A stretch of DNA of 64,000 nucleotides from an uncultured Ardenticatenaceae bacterium (GCA_964422535.1 CAYRBP010000010.1:791-64790), one strand, 5' to 3'. Positions 28,795-37,427 are shown, counted from the first letter of the stretch. Notes: a model not told the origin generated them from the sequence alone. A program made the numbers and translations.

Positions 28795-29838
28795 CTAAGC
28801 CAGATCAACAACGATCCTGCCCGAACCGGGCAGGACGTCTCCCACGACGACCGCATCAGGACAGGCTGCCAGGAACGGGTCGACGCGATCCGAAGCAACA
28901 GCGACCAGCAGCCCGCCCGACGTCTCGGGGGTGAAGAGCATATCCTGCATCAGGAACGTGACGCCCTCGGCAAAGGTGATCGTTGGCAGGAAGTGACGCG
29001 CGTTGTTGCCCATTCCTCCGGGGAAGGCTCCTTCCGCGCCATACTGAAGGGCACCGGGGAGCCAGGGAAGGGCGTTCAGATGGAAGTGGAAGTCCGTCGC
29101 GCCCTGGCGGGCCATCTCCTGGGCATGGCCGAGCAATCCGAAGCCGGTGATGTCGGTCATGGCATGCGCTTCAACCTGCCGCGCGGCGCGCGCGGCCGAA
29201 CGGTTCAGCCGTTTCATGCTGGCAACGGCGGCGCTGACATGCTCGGCCGCGGCCGCTTCCCGTTTCAATGCCGTGGTGATGACGCCGACACCCAGCGGCT
29301 TGGTGAGCAGCAGCTTGTCACCCGGCTGCGCGCCGCCCTTGCGCTGCACGTCAGCCGGATGGATGAGGCCGATGACGGCCAGCCCATATTTGGGCTCCTT
29401 GTCGTTCACGCTATGCCCGCCGGCGATGACGCCTCCGCCCTCGGCGACCTTCTCCGCGCCGCCGCGGAGGATCTCGCGCAGGATTTCCTTGTCGAGGTCA
29501 TCCGGAAACGCGACCAGGTTGATGGCAAAGAGGACGTCGCCGCCCATGGCATAAACATCCGACATGGCATTCGCGGCCGCGATCGACCCGAAGTCGTAAG
29601 GATCATCCACGACGGGCGGAAAGAAGTCACTCGTGGCGACGATGGCCTGCTCGTCGTTGATGCGAAAGACGGCGGCGTCATCGGCCGCGCTGAGGCCAAC
29701 CAGCAGATCCGGGTGGTCTGCGGGCTTGAAAAGGGCGCTCAGAGGCGCCAGCACCTGATCCAGCTCCGCCGGAGCCAGCTTTGACGCTCAACCGGCGCAG
29801 GAGGCCAGCGTCGTCAGCCGTATTGCTCGTCCGCTCAT
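28795..29838 (-). CDS. selD: selenide, water dikinase (selenophosphate synthetase) SelD, selenocysteine-containing (TGA codon 17 at 29788-29790)
   Basis: The track ORF (28795-29754) carries AIR-synthase-like SelD motifs (DDAAVF, TSDFFPPVVDDPYDFG, NAMSDVYAMGG). Extending upstream in frame gives ATG(29838)-SGRAIRLTTLASCAG-TGA-ASKLAPAELDQV. This matches the SelD N-terminal loop (E. coli ..RLTQYSHGAGCGCK..), with the TGA at the catalytic Cys17 position and the Lys retained. A GAGGA RBS lies 7 nt upstream of the ATG. Confidence 0.85.
29760..29790 (-). promoter_or_regulatory. UGA(Sec) codon plus candidate bacterial SECIS stem-loop in selD mRNA
   Basis: The mRNA reads UGAGCGUCAAAG CUGGCUCC GGC GGAGCUGG. 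The 8-bp stem (including two G-U pairs) begins 9 nt after the UGA and has a G-rich apical loop. I folded this by eye only. Confidence 0.5.
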
Positions 29839-29923
29839 CGTTAGGTCCTCACAATTCCGGCCGCCAGTACCGGCGACCAGAGCACGAAAAGTATACTCCT
29901 GACCTGTGAACGGTCAATCTGCG

Positions 29924-29952
29924 TTGATTCTGCGATCCGCGCGACCTATAAT
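29924..29952 (+). promoter_or_regulatory. sigma70-like promoter (TTGATT - 17 nt - TATAAT) for the FHA gene pair
   Basis: TTGATT lies at 29924-29929 and TATAAT at 29947-29952. The first plausible ATG (29960) lies only 8 nt downstream of the -10 element, which implies a leaderless or near-leaderless mRNA. Confidence 0.55.
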
Positions 29953-29959
29953 GACCCGG

Positions 29960-30736
29960 ATGAAGCCATCACCGCTCTCGCGTTTCGAGTTGCTGCTGCG
30001 TCGCCTGGTGGAGGAGCCATTCGCCTGGTTTGCCGGTGATTCGCCGGATGCGGCCGGTCTGGCTGCCTACCTCTGGCGGTTGTGGCATGAAGCGCCCGCG
30101 GCCGATCGACCGGAATTGCTGACGGTCTATCTGAGTCCGGAGCAGTATGCAAACCTGGCCTATCGCAGCGAGGAGATCGCCGGACAGGTGCGCGAGCATC
30201 TAGCCTTCCTGGCCGAAAGCAACGGCGAGAGCCGCCTCGGATTGCCGGAGGTAGCCCTGGCGGCCGATGAATCCCTGAGCGGCCGTCGCGTTCGCGTGGC
30301 CGGGACGCGCGCTGACGCACCGGATAGCCCCGCGACACAGGTATTCAGTCCGGATGCCGCCGGCAGCCTGCTGGATGACATTCGGGCTGTAGACGCTTTC
30401 TTGATCGTCGAGGGAACCCACCACGTGCCACTCGACCGCCCGGTGACACGCATCGGTCGCCGCGTGGACAACGACCTTGTCCTTGATTCAGCGGCCGTCA
30501 GTCGCCAACATGCCCAAATACGGTGGCGTCAGCCCTACTTCATGCTCTACGATGTCAGCGGCCACGGGCGAACGCTGGTGAATGGGGAGCCGATCCAGGA
30601 ACGCATTCTGCGCCCCGGCGACGTGATCGCCCTGAGCGACGTCCTTCTGGTCTATGGCGAGGGACGGGACATGCCGGCCCCGGTCAGCCCGGTCGATGGC
30701 GACGTTGCCGACACGCTGCTGAAGCCGGTCGAATGA
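29960..30736 (+). CDS. FHA-domain protein, FhaA-like (DUF3662-like N-domain + FHA)
   Basis: The N-terminus MKPSPLSRFELLLRRLVEEPFAWF resembles DUF3662. The C-terminal FHA reads TRIGRRVDNDLVLDSAAVSRQHAQI...GRTLVNGEPI. The alternative starts at 29906 and 29951 overlap the predicted -10 box. Confidence 0.75.
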   Translation: MKPSPLSRFELLLRRLVEEPFAWFAGDSPDAAGLAAYLWRLWHEAPAADRPELLTVYLSPEQYANLAYRSEEIAGQVREHLAFLAESNGESRLGLPEVALAADESLSGRRVRVAGTRADAPDSPATQVFSPDAAGSLLDDIRAVDAFLIVEGTHHVPLDRPVTRIGRRVDNDLVLDSAAVSRQHAQIRWRQPYFMLYDVSGHGRTLVNGEPIQERILRPGDVIALSDVLLVYGEGRDMPAPVSPVDGDVADTLLKPVE

Positions 30737-31188
30737 ATCTGCCGCTGTTGATCGTTGCCCTGCGCATTGCCAGCGCTGCCCTGCTGTTGGGCTTCTTTGG
30801 TCACATTGCGTGGTTACTGGTCAGGGACCTTCGCACCAGCCGGCGATTGCTGCAGAGCCAGCAGCCGGAACTCGGAGCCCTGCGCGTCATCCGCTCAACG
30901 ACCGGCAGTCCTGCTCCGGACACGATCTTCACGATCGGCGCGCAGACGAGCATCGGCCGCAGTGCCCGCAACACCATCGTCCTGGACGAGGCCTATGTTT
31001 CGGCCGAGCATGCCCTGCTGGCGCGGCGGGACAACAGGTGGTGGCTGGAGGACCTGGGCAGCCGCAACGGCACCCTGCTGAACGACCTGCCGCTGGCAGA
31101 GCCTACGATTGTGTCAAGCGGAGACGTCGTGACGATCGGAGGGGTCGAACTGAGGCTCGAACTGGACGGCGACGCCAGTCCAGTGTAG
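30733..31188 (+). CDS. membrane-anchored FHA-domain protein (FhaB/FipA-like)
   Basis: The ATG overlaps the previous stop (ATGA). The TM helix is LPLLIVALRIASAALLLGFFGHIAWLLV. The FHA reads TSIGRSARNTIVLDEAYVSAEHALL...GSRNGTLLND. Confidence 0.8.
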   Translation: MNLPLLIVALRIASAALLLGFFGHIAWLLVRDLRTSRRLLQSQQPELGALRVIRSTTGSPAPDTIFTIGAQTSIGRSARNTIVLDEAYVSAEHALLARRDNRWWLEDLGSRNGTLLNDLPLAEPTIVSSGDVVTIGGVELRLELDGDASPV

Positions 31189-32752
31189 AAGAAGGAGCGG
31201 CATACGGGATTCGAACCCGTGATAACAGCTTGGGAAGCTGCTGTGATACCACTTCACCAATGCCGCACTCGTCCGAGATTATACCCACATCTTCGTTCCC
31301 GGCAAGCTTGAAGGAAGCGGGGCGGCGGGGCGGCAACGTGCGGCGCCGGGTCCCCTGACTTGACGGACGCGGCGCCGGTCTGGTTTCAGGGACCGCCACT
31401 CCCCGCGGCGTCGCGGGCTGTGAATCCGGTGGGGAGAGACGTTCAGCGGCATCCTTGGGATACGGGACGCGGGTACGAAGGCGCACTTCGAACCGGACCT
31501 GGTAGTGGACGGCCGCAGTCAGAGCCAGCAACAGCCACCAGACAAATGCGGGGCGCGCGCCGAGCGCGATGGCGTCTGCCAGGCCAAAGATCCAGCCTGC
31601 CAGCAGCGAACCGGCAAGCCCGACGGTGAGGGCATAGAGGGGATGTCCGGTCTGATGGCCCTGGCGGAGACGGTGGATCGATCGCCAGAGCAGGGAGAAT
31701 GAGACCAACCACAGCGCCAGGTAGGCGACCAGCCCGGGTATGCCCAGGTCCAGAGCTGCCTGCAACAGGTGGTTATGGGCGTGGGCGAGATCGACGTCCG
31801 GCGAAGTCAGGTAGAGCGGGTAGACCACCCCCACAACCTCGCGAAAGCTGTTGATGCCGCTCCCGGTCAGCGGGAAGTCCGACACCGCCTGCAAACCTCG
31901 CTGCCAGATCTCGATCCGGCCGGCGAGGCCCAACGCATCGCCCAGGATGTCTGTCCCGACCTGTGGGTTCCTGTAGGTGAAGAACATCACCAGGGCGCCG
32001 ACGAACAAGCTGACCGCCACGACAAACCGCCAGCGCGCTTCGACAAAGAACGCGACGACAAAGCCAAGGCCGGCCACAAAGGCGACGATGCCGCCGCGTG
32101 ACATTGTGGCCAGCAGGACGAGACTGGTCAGGATGGCGGCCGCGGCGAGAAGGACCCGGATGCCGGGTCGCCGGTCGAGGGGTCGCCACAGGCCGACCAG
32201 GCAGGCGATCATCAGCGGGGCCGTCCAGGCCAATGCGCCGGCCAGTTCATTCGCGCTCACCAATCCGCCCGTCGTTCCGGGCACTGACTGGAGTGAGGCG
32301 GGCAAGAGACCGCCCAGTTGGTTGAGCACCTCAAACGGCCCTCCCCATTCACCACCGAAAAGCCCGACAAGCGCCATCCCAACCCCGATGGCGAGCGTCG
32401 TCGCCAGGAGAACCCATAGACCACCCGGTCGCAACAGACAGAAGTTGACCGCGGCATGGAAGAGGCACATGGATAGGGCCAGGCTCACCAGCTTGGGCCA
32501 GGAGGTGCCCGGGTCAAATGTCATGAATGTCGCGAGCGCGACGGTCAGCCCGAAGGCCGCCAACGCCAGATCAAACGGCGTGGCTGGGAAGAAGCGGCCG
32601 GTGCCAAGCTTGCGGCCGATGAGAAGCGGTGGAATGACGAGCAGGGGAAGAAGCGAATCCGGCGCCAGGAACATGGCGGCGGCGAGCAGAAACAACAGGC
32701 CGAGCCATTCCCACGTTGCGAGCAACTTTGCAGGCGTTTTCAAGCGGTCCAT
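31103..32752 (-). CDS. O-antigen ligase/Wzy-like polytopic membrane protein; the 3' end of the ORF is problematic
   Basis: The ATG at 32752 gives MDRLKTPAKLLATWEWLGLLFLLAAAMF. About 10-12 hydrophobic helices follow, along with a Wzy_C-like region. The frame has no stop until 31103, so the Pro/Arg-rich tail reads through tRNA-Gly (31196-31266). It also runs 86 nt into the convergent FHA gene. The true C-terminus is uncertain. Confidence 0.6.
   Translation of the reverse strand: MDRLKTPAKLLATWEWLGLLFLLAAAMFLAPDSLLPLLVIPPLLIGRKLGTGRFFPATPFDLALAAFGLTVALATFMTFDPGTSWPKLVSLALSMCLFHAAVNFCLLRPGGLWVLLATTLAIGVGMALVGLFGGEWGGPFEVLNQLGGLLPASLQSVPGTTGGLVSANELAGALAWTAPLMIACLVGLWRPLDRRPGIRVLLAAAAILTSLVLLATMSRGGIVAFVAGLGFVVAFFVEARWRFVVAVSLFVGALVMFFTYRNPQVGTDILGDALGLAGRIEIWQRGLQAVSDFPLTGSGINSFREVVGVVYPLYLTSPDVDLAHAHNHLLQAALDLGIPGLVAYLALWLVSFSLLWRSIHRLRQGHQTGHPLYALTVGLAGSLLAGWIFGLADAIALGARPAFVWWLLLALTAAVHYQVRFEVRLRTRVPYPKDAAERLSPPDSQPATPRGVAVPETRPAPRPSSQGTRRRTLPPRRPASFKLAGNEDVGIISDECGIGEVVSQQLPKLLSRVRIPYAAPSSTLDWRRRPVRASVRPLRSSRRLRLTQS
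31196..31266 (-). tRNA. tRNA-Gly (anticodon CCC)
   Basis: The reverse complement folds as a cloverleaf:
- acceptor stem GCGGCAT/ATGCCGC;
- D-stem GTGA/TCAC;
- anticodon stem GCAGC/GCTGT with loop TTCCCAA;
- T-arm ACGGG-TTCGAAT-CCCGT;
- discriminator T.
No CCA is encoded. Total length is 71 nt. Confidence 0.9.
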
Positions 32753-32836
32753 CCGATGTACTGCCTGCCCTCCATCATAGTCGACCCGGCTAACCTGCAC
32801 AAGATTGCTCCTGTGAAGATTGCGTATCTTTTCCTC

Positions 32837-32865
32837 TTGGCAGTGGGCCTTTCGCGGCTTATAAT
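32837..32865 (+). promoter_or_regulatory. sigma70-like promoter (TTGGCA - 17 nt - TATAAT) upstream of the response regulator
   Basis: TTGGCA lies at 32837-32842 and TATAAT at 32860-32865, about 58 nt upstream of the ATG at 32923. Confidence 0.55.
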
Positions 32866-32922
32866 GGAGTTTCCTTAAAGAAAACAGGGACGTTCGCCGG
32901 TCCTCAGCAGAATAGAAGGGAA

Positions 32923-33609
32923 ATGGGATCAACGCCACAAATCCTGCTCGTGGAGGGTCATGGAGCAGGGAGGGAATCACTTGCGCCGATGCTGGCCAAG
33001 TCCGTATATGACGCACATGTCGTTCATACGGGCAGCCAGGCGCTGGAATGGTTGCAGGTTCAGGATGCGGACCTGATCATTTTCGACGCCTCGTCGATGC
33101 GCTCGAATGGCGTCAGGAGCTGCCAGCGCATCCGCAAAGCGGCTGAAAGGACGCCGATCATCTTCAGCCGGGCGGCCGGGGAGGAACTGGACCGATCGGC
33201 CGGGGCCGACGTCTATCTCGAGAAGCCGTTCTCGGGCCGCAAACTCCTCAACCGCGTGCGAGCCCTGTTGCCGGCCGATAGCGCGAAAGAGGAGATCGTC
33301 CGCTACGGTCCGCTGACACTCTACCGCACCAAGCGAAGTGTCGAGGTTAGCGGCCGTGGCGAATACACCCTGACGCCGAAGCTCGCCCAACTGCTGGAAG
33401 CCTTCATCCGCCACCCGAACGAGCTTCTGACAAGACCGCAGTTGATGCTCACCGTGTGGGAAACCGACTTCATCGGCGACACTCGCACGCTTGACGTCCA
33501 CATTCGCTGGATTCGCGAGTGCATCGAAGCGGACCCTGGCCACCCCCAATGGCTGAAGACCGTGCGCGGCAAGGGCTATCTGCTGCACATCAACGGCCCC
33601 GCGGAGTAA
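32923..33609 (+). CDS. OmpR/PhoB-family response regulator (orphan)
   Basis: The REC domain has DLIIFD (phospho-Asp), S/T and K (YLEKPF). The winged-helix C-terminus reads LTPKLAQLLEAFIRHPNELLTRPQLMLTVWE...RTLDVHIRWIRECIE. No histidine kinase lies nearby. Confidence 0.85.
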   Translation: MGSTPQILLVEGHGAGRESLAPMLAKSVYDAHVVHTGSQALEWLQVQDADLIIFDASSMRSNGVRSCQRIRKAAERTPIIFSRAAGEELDRSAGADVYLEKPFSGRKLLNRVRALLPADSAKEEIVRYGPLTLYRTKRSVEVSGRGEYTLTPKLAQLLEAFIRHPNELLTRPQLMLTVWETDFIGDTRTLDVHIRWIRECIEADPGHPQWLKTVRGKGYLLHINGPAE

Positions 33610-33643
33610 GCACGCGCCTCACCTCCTGTCCGAACCGGAAACG

Positions 33644-33675
33644 CAAAAAAGCACGACTGCGCTCGCAGTCGTGCT
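33644..33675 (-). terminator. intrinsic terminator of rpsT (may also stop the convergent regulator gene)
   Basis: An 11-bp stem AGCACGACTGC/GCAGTCGTGCT (33650-33675) with a 4-nt loop is followed on the minus strand by TTTTTTG. Confidence 0.8.
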
Positions 33676-33708
33676 CTATCGCGCTTACCGCACGAACGGG
33701 GTCGCGAC

Positions 33709-33984
33709 TTACTTCTGGGCGGCCCGCGCTGCGGCCAAAGCGGCCATCAGGCGTCCCTTCCGTCGGGCAGCGTTTCGCGGGTGAACCACGTGCTTGCGCC
33801 CGGCCTTGTCAAGCGTCTGGTACGCCTCGCGCGCCGCGGCCTCGGCTTCATCGAGCCGATTCTCGGCGATCAGGCGTCGAACCTTCTTGACATGGGTGCG
33901 CGCAGCAGCGGAGTAACGGCGGTTCCGTTCCGTCCGCTTCGCCGTCTGACGAATGCGCTTCTTCGCTGATTCGGTATTAGCCAA
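33709..33984 (-). CDS. rpsT: 30S ribosomal protein S20
   Basis: MANTESAKKRIRQTAKRTERNRR... is canonical S20. It uses a TTG start codon with GGAGGA 5 nt upstream. Confidence 0.92.
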   Translation of the reverse strand: MANTESAKKRIRQTAKRTERNRRYSAAARTHVKKVRRLIAENRLDEAEAAAREAYQTLDKAGRKHVVHPRNAARRKGRLMAALAAARAAQK

Positions 33985-34138
33985 TTCAATCCTCCGACAA
34001 CATCACAAACACCGCGCTTTCGCGGTTTGCGCTAGCGGGCGACGGCCGCCGGCGAGCGTGAGAGCGTCTGTAATCATAGCAGCCGCCGGGGACTCGTGCA
34101 AGAGCAGTTCGGCGTTCGACCCGGGGCCTGCAGCGCGG

Positions 34139-35134
34139 CTATGCTACATAGGTCCGCAGGCACGTCGCTCCGCGGGGACCGGCCCGCACGCGAAAGTCGC
34201 CCAGCGCGGCCGGCAGCAGCGTGAACTGTACCGCCGCCAGGCGGATGTCGCCCACATCCACGTCCCCTTCGATAGCGCCCCAGATCTCGAGCGAGCGGCC
34301 GTCACAGCAACCGTCAAACACCGCCCCGGGCGCCAGTTCCACGCGCTCGGTGACAAAGTACCGGTTGGCGCAAAGCTGATAGCGGGTCGCGCCGTCTGAC
34401 TGCGCGACCACAGTGGGCTGCGGTAAGCCCGGGGCGACCTGCTCGAAGTTGATCACGTCCATCGCCTGGCGGATGTGCAGCGGCCGGGCCTTGCCCTCCA
34501 GGTGGCGGTTCCAGTCATAGACACGGTAGGTCGTGTTGGAGTTCTGCTGAATCTCGGCGATCAGTGCGCCGCCCAGGATGGCATGGATCGACCCGGCGGG
34601 CACGCAAATGATATCCCCCTCGGTCAGCGGGATGCGGTGCAGGTAGCGCTCCAGCGTCCCATCCCGGATGGCCGCCTCGAAACGCTCGCGCGTCGTCCCC
34701 GGCGCAATGCCCAGGATGATGGCCGCCTCCGGTGTCGCGCGCAGGACCACCCACATCTCGGTCTTGCCTAACTCGTTACCCTCATGGGCCAGGGCGTAGT
34801 CGTCGTCGGGATGAACCTGGACGGACAGCTTGTCGTGCGCGTCGAGCAACTTGATCAGCAGGGGGAACTTGCCGCGTTCCTGTGCCCAGGCGTTGGCCGT
34901 ACCGATCAGGTCAAGGCCGAGCTGAGCGTGGACCTCGGTCAGCATCAGGCCCGCGTAGCGGCCGTTGATCACCCGCGACGTGCCGTCAGGATGGGCGGCA
35001 ATCTCCCAGCTCTCCGCCACGATGCCCGGAGGCAATGACCTGCCGAGTAAGGACTCAAGCCCCCGGCCGCCCCAGACATAGTCCTTCAGAACGGGCTCGA
35101 AGAGCATCGGGTAGAACACCTCTTTGTCGACCAT
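34139..35134 (-). CDS. manA: class I mannose-6-phosphate isomerase
   Basis: It has the cupin PMI motifs DYVWGG, LSVQVHPDD, GKTEMWVVL and PAGSIHAILGG. An alternative ATG lies 9 codons in. Confidence 0.85.
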   Translation of the reverse strand: MVDKEVFYPMLFEPVLKDYVWGGRGLESLLGRSLPPGIVAESWEIAAHPDGTSRVINGRYAGLMLTEVHAQLGLDLIGTANAWAQERGKFPLLIKLLDAHDKLSVQVHPDDDYALAHEGNELGKTEMWVVLRATPEAAIILGIAPGTTRERFEAAIRDGTLERYLHRIPLTEGDIICVPAGSIHAILGGALIAEIQQNSNTTYRVYDWNRHLEGKARPLHIRQAMDVINFEQVAPGLPQPTVVAQSDGATRYQLCANRYFVTERVELAPGAVFDGCCDGRSLEIWGAIEGDVDVGDIRLAAVQFTLLPAALGDFRVRAGPRGATCLRTYVA

Positions 35135-35137
35135 GGC

Positions 35138-37351
35138 TCAACTATCGGCGCGTTTGATGAAGACCGCCGCCAGGGGAGGCAGCGTGAGTTCGATGGACAG
35201 GGACTTGCCGTGGGCCGGCGCGGGCTGGCTCGGCATGGGCTGGTCGTTCCTGACGTTGCTGCCACCCAGGTCGTCGGCATCGCTGTTGAAGATCTCGACG
35301 TATGAACCCTCTTCAAGCACGCCGAGACGGTAGCCCTGCCGCACCACGGGCGTGAAATTCAGCACCACGTAGACGTTCTGACCCGTACCGGGTGACTTGC
35401 GGATGTAGGCCAGGATACTGCGCTCGTAGTCGTGGAGATCGAGCCACTCAAACCCCTGCCAGCTGTAGTCCTCTTCATGAAGCGCCGGCTCGCTGTGAAG
35501 CAAGGCGTTCAAACGACCGACGGTCTTCTGAATCCCACGGTGGCGACTATCGCCATCCAGGAGTGACCAGTCGAGGCTGACCGCCTCATTCCACTCGCGC
35601 CATTGCCCAAACTCGCTTCCCATGAACAGCAGCTTCTTGCCGGGATGACTCCACTGATAAGCGTAGAGCAGCCGCAGATTGGCAAATCGCTGCCAGAGAT
35701 CGCCGGGCATCTTGTCGAGCATACTCCGCTTGAGATGCACCACTTCATCATGCGAGAAGGGGAGGAGGAACTTCTCGCTGAAGGCATAGAGCAGCGAGAA
35801 AGTCAGGCGGCCGTGGTGGTGCGACCGATAGATCGGGTCATCGCGGAAGTACTGAAGCGTGTCGTGCATCCAGCCCATGTTCCACTTGTAGTCGAACCCC
35901 AAACCGCCTTCGCTGACGGGGCGGGTGACGCCCGGCCAGGACGTGGATTCTTCGGCGACCGTGATGGCGTCGGGATAGAGACGATGGACTGCCTCGTTGA
36001 AACGGCGGATGAACGAGATCGCTTCGAGATTCTCGCGGCCGCCGTAGCGGTTGGCAACCCATTCACCCTGCCTGCGCGAGAAGTCCAGGTAGAGCATCGA
36101 GGCTACGGCATCGACGCGCAGGCCGTCGATATGATACTTGTCAAGCCAGAATACGGCGTTGCTGATCAGGAACTGGCTGACCTCATTGCGGCCATAGTTA
36201 AAGATGTAGGTGCCCCAATCGGGGTGACGCCCCTGGCGAGGGTCCGCATGTTCGTATAGATGTGTACCGTCAAAGAAGCCGAGGCCGTGCTCGTCCATGG
36301 GGAAGTGGGCTGGGACCCAGTCGACGATGACGCCGATACCGGCTTCGTGGCACGCGTCAACGAAAGCCATGAAGTCGTCAGGGGTGCCGAAGCGGCTGGT
36401 TGGCGCGAAGAAACCGGTCACCTGGTAGCCCCAGGAACCGTCAAACGGGTGCTCAGCCACCGGCAATAGCTCGATGTGGGTGAATCCGAGTTCCTTTACG
36501 TACGGGATCAGTTGCTCGGCCAACTCGCGGTAGGTCAGCCATTTCCAGTTGTTCTTGGTGCGCCAGGAGCCGAGGTGCAGCTCGTAGATGCTGATGGGAG
36601 CCTCGGGCCGCTGGCGTTCAGCCCGCGTGGCCAGCCAGCCGGCGTCTTTCCATTGGTACTGGTTGATGTCCCAGACAACGGATGCGTTTTTGGGACGCAT
36701 TTCGGACAGAAAGCCGACCGGGTCAGCCTTCGTGACCATGTAGTCCATGTAGGAGGTCTTGATCTCGTACTTGTAGATGTCTCCTGGCCGCAAGCCGGGG
36801 ATGAACAACTCCCAGATACCATTGGTCGGGTGGAAGCGCATGGGGTGGCGGCGGCCGTCCCAGTTATTGAAGTCTCCCACGACGCTGACGCGTTGGGCGG
36901 CCGGGGCCCAGACGCCGAAGGTCACGCCGGAGACGCCTTCGAGGACCGTCACCTGCGCGCCAAGGCGCTGGTAGATGTGGAGGTGCGTCCCCTCAGCCAG
37001 CAAGTGGGCATCGAAGTCGGACAGCGTCGGCGGGAATCGATACGGGTCCTCGAACGTCACGGTGTGGCCGTCGTGATAGGTGACGATCAGCTGGTACGGC
37101 ACGACCTTCTTCAGCCGCGGCAGGACGGCCTCGTAGAAGCCTTCCTCGCGCACGCGCGACATCTCGACCGGCTTAGCGCCTTCGCGGACGACGGCTACGG
37201 TGGCGGCGCCGGGCTGGAACGTTCGGATGGCCAGACCTTTCTCAACCACGTGCGGGCCAAGAATGCTGAACGGATCCCTGTGATATCCATAGACGATCGC
37301 ATCGATGGCGTCCGATGGCGCGGTGGTTGCGGCTGTACTTGCGCTTCCCAT
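35138..37351 (-). CDS. glgB: 1,4-alpha-glucan branching enzyme
   Basis: 737 aa with the GH13 motifs DWVPAHF, GLRVDAVASMLY, VAEESTSWPG and FSHDEVVH. Confidence 0.95.
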   Translation of the reverse strand: MGSASTAATTAPSDAIDAIVYGYHRDPFSILGPHVVEKGLAIRTFQPGAATVAVVREGAKPVEMSRVREEGFYEAVLPRLKKVVPYQLIVTYHDGHTVTFEDPYRFPPTLSDFDAHLLAEGTHLHIYQRLGAQVTVLEGVSGVTFGVWAPAAQRVSVVGDFNNWDGRRHPMRFHPTNGIWELFIPGLRPGDIYKYEIKTSYMDYMVTKADPVGFLSEMRPKNASVVWDINQYQWKDAGWLATRAERQRPEAPISIYELHLGSWRTKNNWKWLTYRELAEQLIPYVKELGFTHIELLPVAEHPFDGSWGYQVTGFFAPTSRFGTPDDFMAFVDACHEAGIGVIVDWVPAHFPMDEHGLGFFDGTHLYEHADPRQGRHPDWGTYIFNYGRNEVSQFLISNAVFWLDKYHIDGLRVDAVASMLYLDFSRRQGEWVANRYGGRENLEAISFIRRFNEAVHRLYPDAITVAEESTSWPGVTRPVSEGGLGFDYKWNMGWMHDTLQYFRDDPIYRSHHHGRLTFSLLYAFSEKFLLPFSHDEVVHLKRSMLDKMPGDLWQRFANLRLLYAYQWSHPGKKLLFMGSEFGQWREWNEAVSLDWSLLDGDSRHRGIQKTVGRLNALLHSEPALHEEDYSWQGFEWLDLHDYERSILAYIRKSPGTGQNVYVVLNFTPVVRQGYRLGVLEEGSYVEIFNSDADDLGGSNVRNDQPMPSQPAPAHGKSLSIELTLPPLAAVFIKRADS

Positions 37352-37427
37352 GGTGCTTCTCCTGCAGGACCAATCTGAGGTAACGTTGATTTTAACCCGT
37401 TCAAGAGAGGCCTCAAAAAGTAGCTAC

